Below are positions 12,001-24,000 of a DNA stretch of 35,343 bases, piece after piece. The translations under genes and the position numbers were made by a program. The DNA comes from Chiloscyllium plagiosum (lineage: Eukaryota), in assembly GCF_004010195.1 (NCBI RefSeq), contig NC_057752.1, positions 5,213,121-5,248,463 on the forward strand, given 5' to 3'. The notes beneath the pieces are model-generated. The model had not been told where the DNA came from and did not search any database. It worked only from the letters and a program-made list of their open reading frames with translations. Numbering within the stretch: the first letter of the stretch is position 1; every line of letters starts with the position of its first letter.

Positions 12001-15000
12001 TCCTCCCTGCAGTTCCCGCACTTTTCCACACACCTTGCAAAAGGCTCTTAACTGTTGGACAATTGTGGGGGCTGACATTCCTCAAAAGCTTCCTCTTGGA
12101 TACCCCATAACTGCTTCACCCATAGGCATGCCCTTCTGTTCCTGATCGTAGGCTAAATTTGAATCATTTAATCTGAAGGGTGTCACTACCTCCAAGAGAA
12201 AAGTGTCCAGGTAGCTTACCTCTTCGCTAATGTAATGTATTATTTGTAGATTGGACTCCAGCTCATCAACTGATGCTAAGTTGCTTGAGCTGCGAACACT
12301 GCTATAGAAATGTTCACTCTGGATCACCTTGGTGTATGGCAACTCCCACGTGCTGTTGCAACATGGCCCACCATCACGATTGTATTTAACTTATTAATTA
12401 ATTACTCCAGTATCCCTCCTCATTATGCTTTGTTATAATTTTTTTACACACCAGTATCAGCCTTGTTTAAAAATAGCAATATTAAGTACAAATAGAGAGG
12501 AGGGGAAAGGTCTGGAAACCTAAACCCAAACTAAAGACCTTATTTTTACTTTAAAGAGAAGAAATACTCGCCAATCCTATTCTTCAGTCAGCTGCTTTGA
12601 TTAGAAAAAAGCAACCAAATACCTCTTTCCTTCCTCTGCTTAGTTCCTTGAGAAGCTCAACTCCCAGGACTCCAATGTGGGTTGAACCCAACCACACTGT
12701 CAGTCTTTGTATCATCTGTGAACCTCTTAACCATTAAAGTCCAAATATATACCACAAAAAGCAAAGAGCCAAGTACTGAACCCTATGGAGCAACAATCTA
12801 AATGGTGACACTGCCTGCACATGTGGTGGTCTAAGCCACGAGAAGCATTAGCATTACCCAAATGGCACAAGATGCGCATTCACTGGGACTGAAATTCTGT
12901 CCCATTCCTTTACTTTTTAAACTACTCATCAGGCATTGCTGTTACCTGCTCACTCACTTGAAATACTGTTTTGTAAAAGATCGGAAAAACACTTATGCCC
13001 TTGCCACCAAATTCCTGAGTTAAGTACTCTATCAATGCAATACTTCATTAAGCTGGACACCGTGAAATCCATGTTAACCAGTGTCAGGTTTGGAAAATGG
13101 AATGTGATAGAGGGTTTTTTTTGTGTATGTTGTAGGAATGTGCCCACCATTTTGAGAAGGCTTACTTGATTTCAACGTTTCAGTACTTGTGCAGCCTTTT
13201 TTTAAAAAATGGTTTTAAGTACAATCACCAACTTGATAAACCCAAGTTTATTTCCTTCTTTAGTATTTTCTCCTGTTTCTGCTTTTAGGACGAGTACTCT
13301 ATGTTCAGCCGGTCCCACACCGTGGATGTTCACGGCTATGTTTTGGTTTACTCTGTAACATCAATGAAAAGGTGAGTAATCCATGTTAAACAACTCAGAA
13401 TTAAATGGAAGTAGTTTTTTTTAAACAAACCTGATACGTCTGGCAACTACCATGAACTAACACTGTATATCAAGATTAATCGTAGATTTAAGTTGACTTG
13501 AGCAACCAAATAAATCTTGGTTTTGATGGAAGTTAGTACTTACAAGGCTGATTTCAGCTTATATGGGCATATACAGCATAAGTTAAGTGGAAAATAAATT
13601 CTCTATTCTGCTGTAAATCCATTCAGTCTGATTTTGACCCTTAGTTTTGAAGAATACATGGCTTAAAAATATTGGGCTGCTTTATGAAATAGATGGATGC
13701 CTTTGGGCTTGGTGTGTGAGGTCCTGGGGAGACCTTGGAGTGCAGGTTCATAGTTCCTTGAAAGTAGAGCTGCAGGTAGATAAGATAGTGAAGATGGCAT
13801 TTGGTATATTTTCCTTGATTGGTCAGAGCATTGAGTATAGGAGTTGGGAGGTCATTTTGCGGCTGTACAGGACATTGGTTAGGCCACTGTTGGAATATTG
13901 CATGCAATTCTGGTTTCCTTCCTATCAGAAGGATGTTGTGAAACTTGAAAGGGTTCAGAAAAGATTTACAAGGATGTTGCCAGGGTTGGAGGGTTTGACC
14001 TACAGGGAGAGGCTAAATAGCCTGGGGCTGTTTTGCCTGCAGTGACAGAGGCTGATGGGTGACCTTTATGGAGGTTTATAAAATCATGAGGGACATGGAT
14101 AGGATAAATAGACAAAGTCTTTTCCCTGGGGTGGAAGAGCCCAAAACTAGAGGGTATAAGTTTCAGGTGAGAGGGGCAAGATATAAAAGGGACCTAAGGG
14201 GAAACATTTTCACAAAGAGGGTGGTATGTGTATGGAATGAACTGCCAGCGGAAGTGGTGAAAGCTGGTACAATTGCAACATTCAAAAGGCATCTAGATGG
14301 GTATATGAATAGGAAGGGTTTAGAGGGATATGGGCCAAGTGCTGGCAAATGGGACTAGGTTAGGTTAGGATATCTAGTCGGCATGGACAAGTTGGACCGA
14401 AGGGTCTGTTTCCGTGCTGTACACCTCTATGACTCTATAAGGTGTGGAAGCAGAAGTAGACCATTCAGCCCATCAAGTCTGCTCAGCCATCAATGAGATC
14501 ATGGTTGATCTAATAATCCTCAAATCCACTTTTCTGCCTTATGCCCACAAGCCTTGATTCCCTTACTGATTGGAAAATCTGTCTATTGCAGCCGTGGAAT
14601 GAACTCAACAACCCAGCCTCAAAAGCCCTCTGTGATATTGAAGTGCATTGTTTCCTCCTCATCTGTCTTAAATGGGCAACTCCTTGCAAATGAGATATGC
14701 CCACCCACAAGGGGAAACAACCTCTGTTTCTACCCTGTCAAGCCTCCTAAGAATCTTGTATATTTCAATATTTCTCTCATTCTTCTAAACTCCAACCAGT
14801 ATGATTTCAATCTACTGAACCTCTCCCTCATACAAAAATTCCCTCCCCCCGCAGTCAATCTGATGAACCTTCTTTTGACTGCCTCCAATTTCAGTGTATC
14901 TTTCCTTCGAAAAGCAGACAGTATTCCAGATGAGTGCCTGACTAGTGCCTTGTATTATTTAGCAAAATCTCTCTATGTTTATACTCCATTCCCTTTGAAA

Positions 15001-18000
15001 TGAAGGCTAAACTTGGATTGTGATAGAACTTGTGATTCATTCACAGGGACTCTGAGATCCTTGTGTTCTGTAGCTTTCTGCAGTCTCTCCCTATTTAAAT
15101 AATATTCAGCTATTTTATACTTCCTGACATTGCATAACCTCCCTTTTTTCCCACATTATATTCCAATTGTCACGTTTTTGCCCACTGTCATTCAATCTGT
15201 CTCTATCCCTCTTTGTTTCATCCACCATACTTGCGTTCCCACTTATTTTTGCGTTATCTGCAAACTTGGATGACAGAAGTAAATGTATTATCACCAAGTT
15301 GTTGAGATGTGTGTGCACATATGCAAGTGAAAATTGTGATGGAATACTTCTCACTTGTCTGGATGAGTCCAGCTACAACAGTATTCAAGAAGGTCCACAC
15401 CATCCAGAACTAAGCAGTCAGTAACATTGATGCACCTCCAATAATCACTCTCTTCTGATGTGCAATGGCAGCAGTGTGTATGACCTACAAGGTGATATCC
15501 ATCAGGCACTGTGTGAATCATCATCAGCAGAACGTATTCAAATACTATCTGAAACCTCATCATGGTCTGGCATATTTCCAGCTCTGCCATTTGTAAAGCC
15601 GGGAATTGAATGAGTGGAAGAACACAATTCTTGGACCATACTGATTTGATTTCAGCTGGATTAGCAGCTACAGTTGTGCTTAAATATGCAGATGTGGACA
15701 GAAAAGGTTAGGCTATGACGACCTTCATCATGCAATAGTTTTCTGATAAGCTGTTAAATTCACTCCCCTCATATTTACAATTTTTATCCTAATGTGAATT
15801 TGCTTTCAGAAAGTTGAGGATGGGTGTGAACCACAAGTAGGAGAACAAAAATGTTGGACAGTATCTATTATTTTAAAATATGTACCTACGTTTTAAATTC
15901 TAATCTCCCTCCCTTAATGTTTTCTAGTCGACTTGTCATTTTGTGTAATTCTCAAACTTTTTAACACACACATCTGAGCGACCTCCTCGCCACCAAAATC
16001 ACTGTCAATGTTTTGCTTAAACTAATCACCACCACCAGTAAAAACACCCATGTAGCCAGTTAAGTATTTACAAGCAAAGCCCATTATGGGCAATGCAAAC
16101 CATCAAAGGTGAGGGGGTGGTGGGTAGGGAGAGCGGGAATGGGGAGGATTTTATGTACTGATTAATAATTGATCTCAGCTGCTGCATTCAAATCTAACAG
16201 TTTTGGTGGCTGATCTGTCTTTTTTGGTATTTTTGTTGCAGCTTTGAAGTGATTAAGGTGATTCACAGTAAACTGCTAGATATGGTGGGAAAAATCCAGT
16301 GAGTATTGTTGGTTTCTGTCACATTTTATTTTTCTATCTGATTTGAGTGATCTTGAATAAATGTGAAACAAAAATAGAAAGTGCTGGAGAAATTCAGCAT
16401 GTCTGGCAGCATCTGTGAAGAGAAAAATAGTTAATGTTTTGAGCCTAGTGACTCTTCTCAAAACAGACTGCATAAACCTGACTGTGCCCAGCGCATTACG
16501 TTCTGCAGTGAGTCTGGACGTTCTGGTGTCACATGCAGAGTGAGTGCACTTTGGCTTCAAGTCTTTATATTCATTACACTTTCTGTTCCATCATCTGAGT
16601 CACGAATGGCGAATGCTTGAGGCATCGACGCATCCATGTGGACACCACTAGATCCACCCTGCCCATTGGATGTGCTCTTTGTCTCTTACTGCTCAGCCAG
16701 TTTCCTAAACAACAACTCAAATTTACCTTCGATTTTGAGTTACAACTTCTGCTAACAATCTCTTATGATGGACTTTATTGAATGTCTTTATGGAAATCCA
16801 TGAAAATATAATATCCATAGACTATAAAATCCAATACGATTCCTGTCAATTCCTTTAGTACGACTTCAAAAACATTCAAACAGGTTTATCACTTGGAATA
16901 CTTTGCCTATGTACTTTACAAAATGTGTCAACAGAAGATCTTCTATCTTGCATGTGATTTTTGGCTTTCTTGTCTTGGGGGTACGTTGTACAGTTCTCAG
17001 CAAAGTTAATCTCTATTTAAGGCCTTGTACAACGTCCCATATGCCTCCAGATGTCTTTGCAAGTACATTTTCCCAAAGGAAGAAAAAAAAATTGGGCTAA
17101 ATTAATTAGTTGATAAGCACCTTCTATCTAAATGAAATTCTGAATCTTTCCTTATCAAATGTTACATTCTTTCCACAGATGTTGATCTTTGTAAGTTTGT
17201 TTTTGCAGCAAACAATTCTGTATTATGTTCTTTTCCCACTATTAAATATTGTTCTTTCAGGACTAATTAGTGCTGTAAAATGAATAGCTAAATCCTTCAT
17301 GTTTACACAAAGATTTCCTCCTGTGAGGGGAATGTTAATCAGTCACTGCAACTTGACAGGACAGCTATCATAAAGATGTTGCGCACCTTCTTTATCCCAG
17401 ATCATTGATAGTGTGGCTTCTCCCACCTGATCACAGTAGTTAAGAGCTGGAATTTTACAAAGTTCTTGTATGTTTATCAACATACTATTGACACCATAAA
17501 GGATAATTAAACTCCTTGTGTAGTAAGTTTCAATTCAAATGTTCAGTGATTTATTTGATGTTTTAATTCTAAATCTAACCTATCACAATCAAGCCTGTAT
17601 AATATGTGCTAAAAAGCAGGTCTGTCCTGTGCTTACGGTTTAGCTTTAAAGTGCTCCCAACCAAGAATAACACTGACAAAAGCACAGATGTGGTTCTCAG
17701 TGTCGCAGTCATACAGCACAGAAACAAACCCTTTAATCCAACTTGTCCACGCTGAACACCCATCCCAATCTGAGCTAGTCCCATTTGCCAGCATTTAGCC
17801 CATATCCCTACAAACCCTTCCTATTTATATACCCATCTAGATGTCTTTATAAATGTTGTGATTGTACCCACATCCTCCATTTCCTCTGGCAGCTAGTCCC
17901 ATACACGACCAACCTTGGCATGGAAAAGTTACCCCTTGAGTCCTTTGTAAATCTTTCATCTCTTACCTTAAATCTATGCCCTCTAGTTTTGGATTCCTTT

Positions 18001-21000
18001 ACTTCAAGAAAAATACCTTGTCTATTTACCCTGTCCATGCCCTCCATGATCTTGTAAATCTCTAAGGTCAGCCCTCAGCCTCTGCTCCAGGTGAAAAGTC
18101 TGAGCCTGTTCAGCTTCTCCTGATAACTCAACCCCTCCAGTCCCAGCAACATCCTTGTAAATCTTTTCTGCACCCTCTCCAGTTTAAGAACATCCTCCCT
18201 ATAGAAGGGCGATCAGAATTATGTGCAGTATTCTAAAAGTGGCCTCTCCAATGTCCTGTACAGCAGGAACACAACGTACCAACTCCTATACTCAATGTTC
18301 TGGCCAATTAAAGCAAGTGTGCCAAATGCCACCTTCACCAACCTGTGTACCTACGACTCCGCTTTCAAGGAACTATGCACCTGCACTCCTAGGTCTTTTT
18401 GTTCGGCAACACTCCCTAGGTATATATTAAGTATATAAGTCCTGCCCTGGTTTGCCCTGCCAAAATGCAACACTTCACATTTATCTAAATTAAACTCCAT
18501 CTGCACTGCTCAGCCCATTGGCCCATCTGATCAAGGTCCTATTATACTGTGAGGTAACCTTCTTCACTGTCCGCTACACCACCTATTTTGGTGTTATCTG
18601 CAAACTTACTAACCTTGCCTCCAATATTCCCATCCTAAAAATTTATATAAATGATGAAAAGCAGCAGACCCAACACCGATCCTTGTGATACACCGCTGGT
18701 CACAGGCCTCCAGTCCGAAAAGCAACCATCTATCTCCATCCCCGTCTCCTATCTTCAAGCCAATTTTGTATCCAATTAGCTGGCTCTCTTTCCCCCCACC
18801 CACGCCCCCAGATCCCATGTGATTTAACTTTACTAAGTAGTTTACAGTATGGAACTTGTCGAATGCTTTGCTGAAGCCCGTATAGACAGTATCTACTACT
18901 CTTCCTACAAAAATCTTCTTTGTCACCTCTTTTTAAAAAAAGTTTCAGTTAAATTGAGTGGCACAGTGGCTCAGTGGTTAATACTGCTGCCTCATAGCAC
19001 CAAAGACCTGGGTTTGATTCCACTCTCTGGCAACTGTGTGGAGTTTGCATGTTCTCCCTGTGTCTCTGTGGGTTTCTTCCAGGTGCTCCAGTTTCCTCCC
19101 ACAGTCCAAAGATGTGCAGGTTAGGTAAATTGGCCATGCTAAATTGGAAATGCAGGGTTACAGAGATAGGTTAGCGGGCGTGTCTGGATGGGAATGTGCT
19201 TTTAGAGGGGGGGGAGGGCAGAGGAGGGGGAAGTGGGGGGTTGGTGTGGACTTGATAAGCTGAATGGCCTGCTTCCACAGTGTAAGGACTCCATGTACTC
19301 CAGTGAGACACAATTTCCCATGCACAAAGCCATATTGACTATTGCTAATCAATCCTTGCCTTTCCAAATGCATATAAATCCCATCCCTGGAATCCTCTCC
19401 AAAACCTTACCTACCACTGACGTCAGACTCGCTGGTCTATAGTTCTCTGGCTTTTCTTTACAGCCTTTCTTAAATAATAGCACCATATCAGCTAACTTCC
19501 AGTCTTCTGGCATCTCACCATTTGTTTTCAATGATCTAACTATCTTGGCAAGGGGTCTAGTAATCTCTTTCCTAGCTTCCCACAAAGTTCTGGGAAATAC
19601 CTGATTAATTCCTGAGGATTTGCGTATCTTTATGCGTTTTAAGACCTTCAGCACCACTTCTTCTGTAAGTGGAGGCAGGATAGAGGTGGAGTGGAGGAGG
19701 GTAAGTATAATGTGCAGTGAATAAACTTGGGATTTGAATTTAGCTCGAGGTCAAACAGTAAACCAGGCTGCATGAAGTTTATTTCACCTTAATTGAAAAT
19801 AACCAGGGAGGAGGATTGAGTTTGTAGTGACATTTTGAGAGGTGTCTAAAATTATGCAAGAGATCTGGAAAAAGCCATACCTGGAGATGTGCTGGTAGCA
19901 CTGTGATATGCAGGAGTGGATCCACCTGTGGAAATCCACTGACTGAACCATGGAGGAAGGTGGCATGACTGACCGTGTTGAATGTTTGAGAGAATGAGGA
20001 GAGGAGGCATGAGGGTCACAGAGGCTATTGTTGGCAAGTTTGACCAGAGTAGTATTGGTATTCTGGGCAGAGTGGAAATCAGAAAAAAAGGGAATTTGAC
20101 AGAAAAATCTGGGAGAAGTGAGTGTAGCTGGAAGGCGATGATCCATTGAAGTATCTTGCATAAAGAAGGGAAGTCAGAAACTGGGTGACAGTTGAAGGGA
20201 ATGGATGGATCCAGGGTGGATGTTTTATGAAAAAAGGATGATGATGACAGTTTTGAATGGAAGATAGTGCCTAAGTAGAGGGAGTTAGAAACCAAGTTGT
20301 TGTCTACTGGGACCAGAAATGGTTACTTTGTCAGCAATTGGATGGGGTGGGAATGTGTAATGGATCATTTGGTGACAATGCTGTGTGATTGAATCATACA
20401 GAGTAGCAGATACCTAGTTTCAGTTTGGGCAATAATATGGTTTATTTTGACAATGGAGGGGAAAGTAACCATTCTCTCATTTCTCTTGATTACCTAATAA
20501 TCTCTGTTAGAAAAAGCATTGCATATTGAATCTGGCTTGATTGTGGTTCTCCTACAACTAACAAGCTTGCTGAACCTCATTTCTCTGTTTTTGTGTGATG
20601 GATAACACTTCGGGTCAGATCTGGCAACAAATTAATCCTGAGTTGTAGAGTCGCTCTTGAATTCAGTGATCCTAAGATGCTTTTCATCCTTTTAAATAGC
20701 AAAATGTAGTATAAAATGTTGTGCTCCTTTAAAGGGTTAATCATGGCATTCATCAAACTTTGACAAAATAAGTGAAAGAGGGGAAAAATGCAACTCTTTA
20801 TAAAGTGTGACCATAGTTGGAAACCTCTAGATTTAAATATGGCCACAATGGATTTTTGAATCCCAAAAAGGCTAGTTATTCTGGCACAAAGACGTGATGA
20901 TTTTTAAATAGCTTAGTAAACAGTTGAACATCAGAGAATAGGTGTAGAATGGATTTGACTGTTCTTTAAATCTGTTTTTTATTAAAGGAGAGCATGAAAA

Positions 21001-24000
21001 ACACATGCCAGTTTTTCTTTTAACAGTGCTGACAAACATGTGCTATGAATGCAGTTTATACAAAATGGGGACAGATTCAACAGTTTGTCTTCTCTCTTGC
21101 AAGAGTAGCAGTGATTTAGTAACAACTTACCAGATGTCTGTTTTCGGCAGGTATGTTAGCTTAATTGCAGGCACAGCTAAAACTATTGTCCACTGCAATG
21201 ATCCAAGCTGATGGTATTGCTGGATAAGTCAGATCCCAGAACTAAATCCGGCTTGATGGATCATGTTTTGTTTTGTAGACTAGAATTACAGATAACGCCA
21301 GGATGAAGCTATTATACACCTGAGCCAAAACATTAAGTAACGTCTTTAGACTTAAAACTCCACACTTCTAATCTGGGACTAACACTAACTCTTGACTTCA
21401 AGGTAATCTAGTTTTACTATATCCTTCCCTTCTCAGGAGCACAGATCTACACAGCCATCTTCGTCTAAGGACTTCACAGGACTGCTCAAAACTCAAAGTA
21501 AAACTTCTTTTTTTAAAAAAAAAGTTCTCTAAACTATAGGTATTTACCTTAAGCTTTAATAAAAAATCTCTCCCAACCTTCTAAACTGGAGTTTGTTTAT
21601 CTTGCTTGGTCCTAAAATCCTGCCAATGTAGACAAAAACCTATTCATTCTAAAGCTAGGCCTCAGATTGTTTTGAAGGAAAACACCATAGATATAGAAAC
21701 ATTTGCAAGTTAATTATTCAAATACAGAGAAAACCACATGTTGCTAATTCAAAACCAAAAACTCAAATGTACAATAAATGGTATTAATAGCAAATATATA
21801 AATGACAGTCTATATCACACCTGGAAGGAGTGACACAGCAGTAGACAGTCTTCCTAATATGAGTAACAATTACCTGTTCATGATTATATTTATTTAACCC
21901 TCAGCCGGCCATCATCTCCACATTATGCTCCACCTCTTGAACCTCCCTGTTTTTGCCAGATGTGCAGGTGAGTCGTGAGGACATGCATGTCAGTAGATAC
22001 TTTTCTTGCATTTGTTTAATAATACATTCCTTGCATGGAAGTAGTTGAGATACTTCATGCAAACCATAGAGCAAATGTAAAATCAAATTGGAAAATCTAT
22101 AATTGAAAATATTTATAGACCATCTCTGTTTCACATTCAATTATCTCTCAAATGTAAATCTGATTAGTGGCTTCTATTGAACTTTGAAACTTGGGGTTGG
22201 TGAAGGGGAAATGGAACATTGTCAACCTAAAGTTAATAAATTGTCATTATGACCAGAAGTCAAAAGCCTCAACTCTCCAATATTGGATATTGAATGAACT
22301 ATTTATACAAAGCAGATCTTTTGGCAATTATATTGATGTAGTCTGTTCTTTATTTTACTTTTTGGGATTATTTTTGACCTGGGTCGTGAGCTGCAATCAA
22401 AAATGTGAGTACTAGGAAATATTGAGTCTTTAAATTTCTCGGTGGCTGTAACAGAGGTACTTTACCTTTCAGTCTAACAACTTAAATTGGTAAATGAGAC
22501 TGCTGCTACGACCAGAAACTCCAGTGTTTTGCAGGCAAAAGGCCAACATCCTCTCTAGTAACCCTCATATACTAGTGATGGATATTCTGTGTTGTGCTTT
22601 GTTTTCTGATCAATATTATACCTGTGCCTGCTGTTGGAGATACAGTGGCAAGAATCAGTCATATTTCAGAACAACTTCATGTAAAAGTGTGCTAATGCAG
22701 TTGATTTTGCACTCTGGAATCTGTTTGTAATTTAAATGGGATGGCTTTCATAATACTAGGAGCCTTGGCCAATATTACTGAACCATTCTTCACTAGGTCC
22801 TTTGATATTAATACAGAATTGAGTGGTATTATAGCTGAGAATGCTTTCAAGTGTTGTTGAAGTGCTTAGCTGCTACGTGATTTAGTCTTGAAATGGAAGT
22901 AATAGTAAGTGCATCAAATGCTACAATAAGTTTATAGTTAATTGCAATTTGACATTTATTGAAGTATAAGTATTCTGTTGAAGAAAATTAGTCAAGAGTT
23001 GTACAGTACAGAAACAGACCCTTCAGTCCAACTAGTCCATGCTGGCCAGATATGCTAAATTAATCTAGTCCCATTTGCCAGCATTTGGCCCATATCCCTC
23101 TGAACCCTTTCTATTCATGTACCCATCCAGGTGCCTTTTAAATGTAGTTTGAGTAATGCCAGCCTCCACCACTTCCTCTGGCAGCTCATCCAATACATGC
23201 ACCACCCTCTGCTTGGAAAAAGTTGCACCTTAGATCCCTTTTTAAATCTCACCTTTTAACCCTAGACCTCCTAGTTTTGTACTACCTCGCCCTGTGAAAA
23301 AGACCTTGTCTATTCACCCTGTCCATGATTTTATAAATTTCTAGAAGGTCACCTCTCAGCTTCCAACTCCAGGGAAAATAGCCCCAGCCTATTCAGTCTC
23401 TCCCTACAGCTCAAACCATCTGACCCTGGCAACATCCTTGTAAGTCTTTTCTGAACCCTTTCAAGTTTCATAACATCCTTCCTAAAGCAAGGAGACCAAA
23501 ATTGCACGCAGTATTCACTTGCTGGCACTGAGAAACTTCGATTATCTAGTTTTATCAAAGGATAATGTGGAAAGTCTGAAGATAATTGTGTGCAGTTTTG
23601 GTCGCCATACTATAGGAAGGATGTGGAGGCACTGGAACGGGTGCAGAGGAGGTTTACCAGGATGTTGCCTGGTATGGAAGGAAGATCGTAGGAGGAAAGA
23701 CTGAGACACTTGGGGCTATTTTCATTAGAGAAAAGAAGGTTTAGGAGTGACTTGATTGAGGTGTACAAGATGATTAGGGGGTGAGATAGGGTTGACAGTG
23801 TGAACCTTGTCCCGCATGTGGAGTCGGGTGTTACAAGGGGGCATAGCTTTAAATTAAGGAGGGGTAGATATAGGACTGAAGTTAGGGGCAGGTTCTTCAC
23901 TCAGCGAGTCGTAACTTCATGGAATGCCCTGCCAGTAGCAGTGGTGGACCCTCCCTCTTTATGGGCATTTAAGCGGGCATTGCATAGGTATATGGAGGAT

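Larger units (their letters stand above)
8080..12400 (-). mobile_element. Long decayed CR1 LINE (ORF1 esterase, ORF2 endonuclease to RT start), split by nested insertions
   Basis: ORF1 SGNH motifs VGDSIIR...STNDI (11730-11930); coiled-coil VDELESNL (12082-12342); EN start [14 protein letters not shown] (~10915-10970); EN end LVLCNE...LGNSDH (8991-9281); RT start [15 protein letters not shown] (~8125-8185). Confidence 0.8.

Noticed and set aside
18957..19025. tRNA genes at 7711, 18957 and 30130
   Set aside because: A and B boxes are present, but they continue into SINE bodies and tails, and I could not build a cloverleaf.
21194..21819. Possible solo LTR (TG...CA)
   Set aside because: No matching TSD, PBS or second copy in the window, so it cannot be supported.
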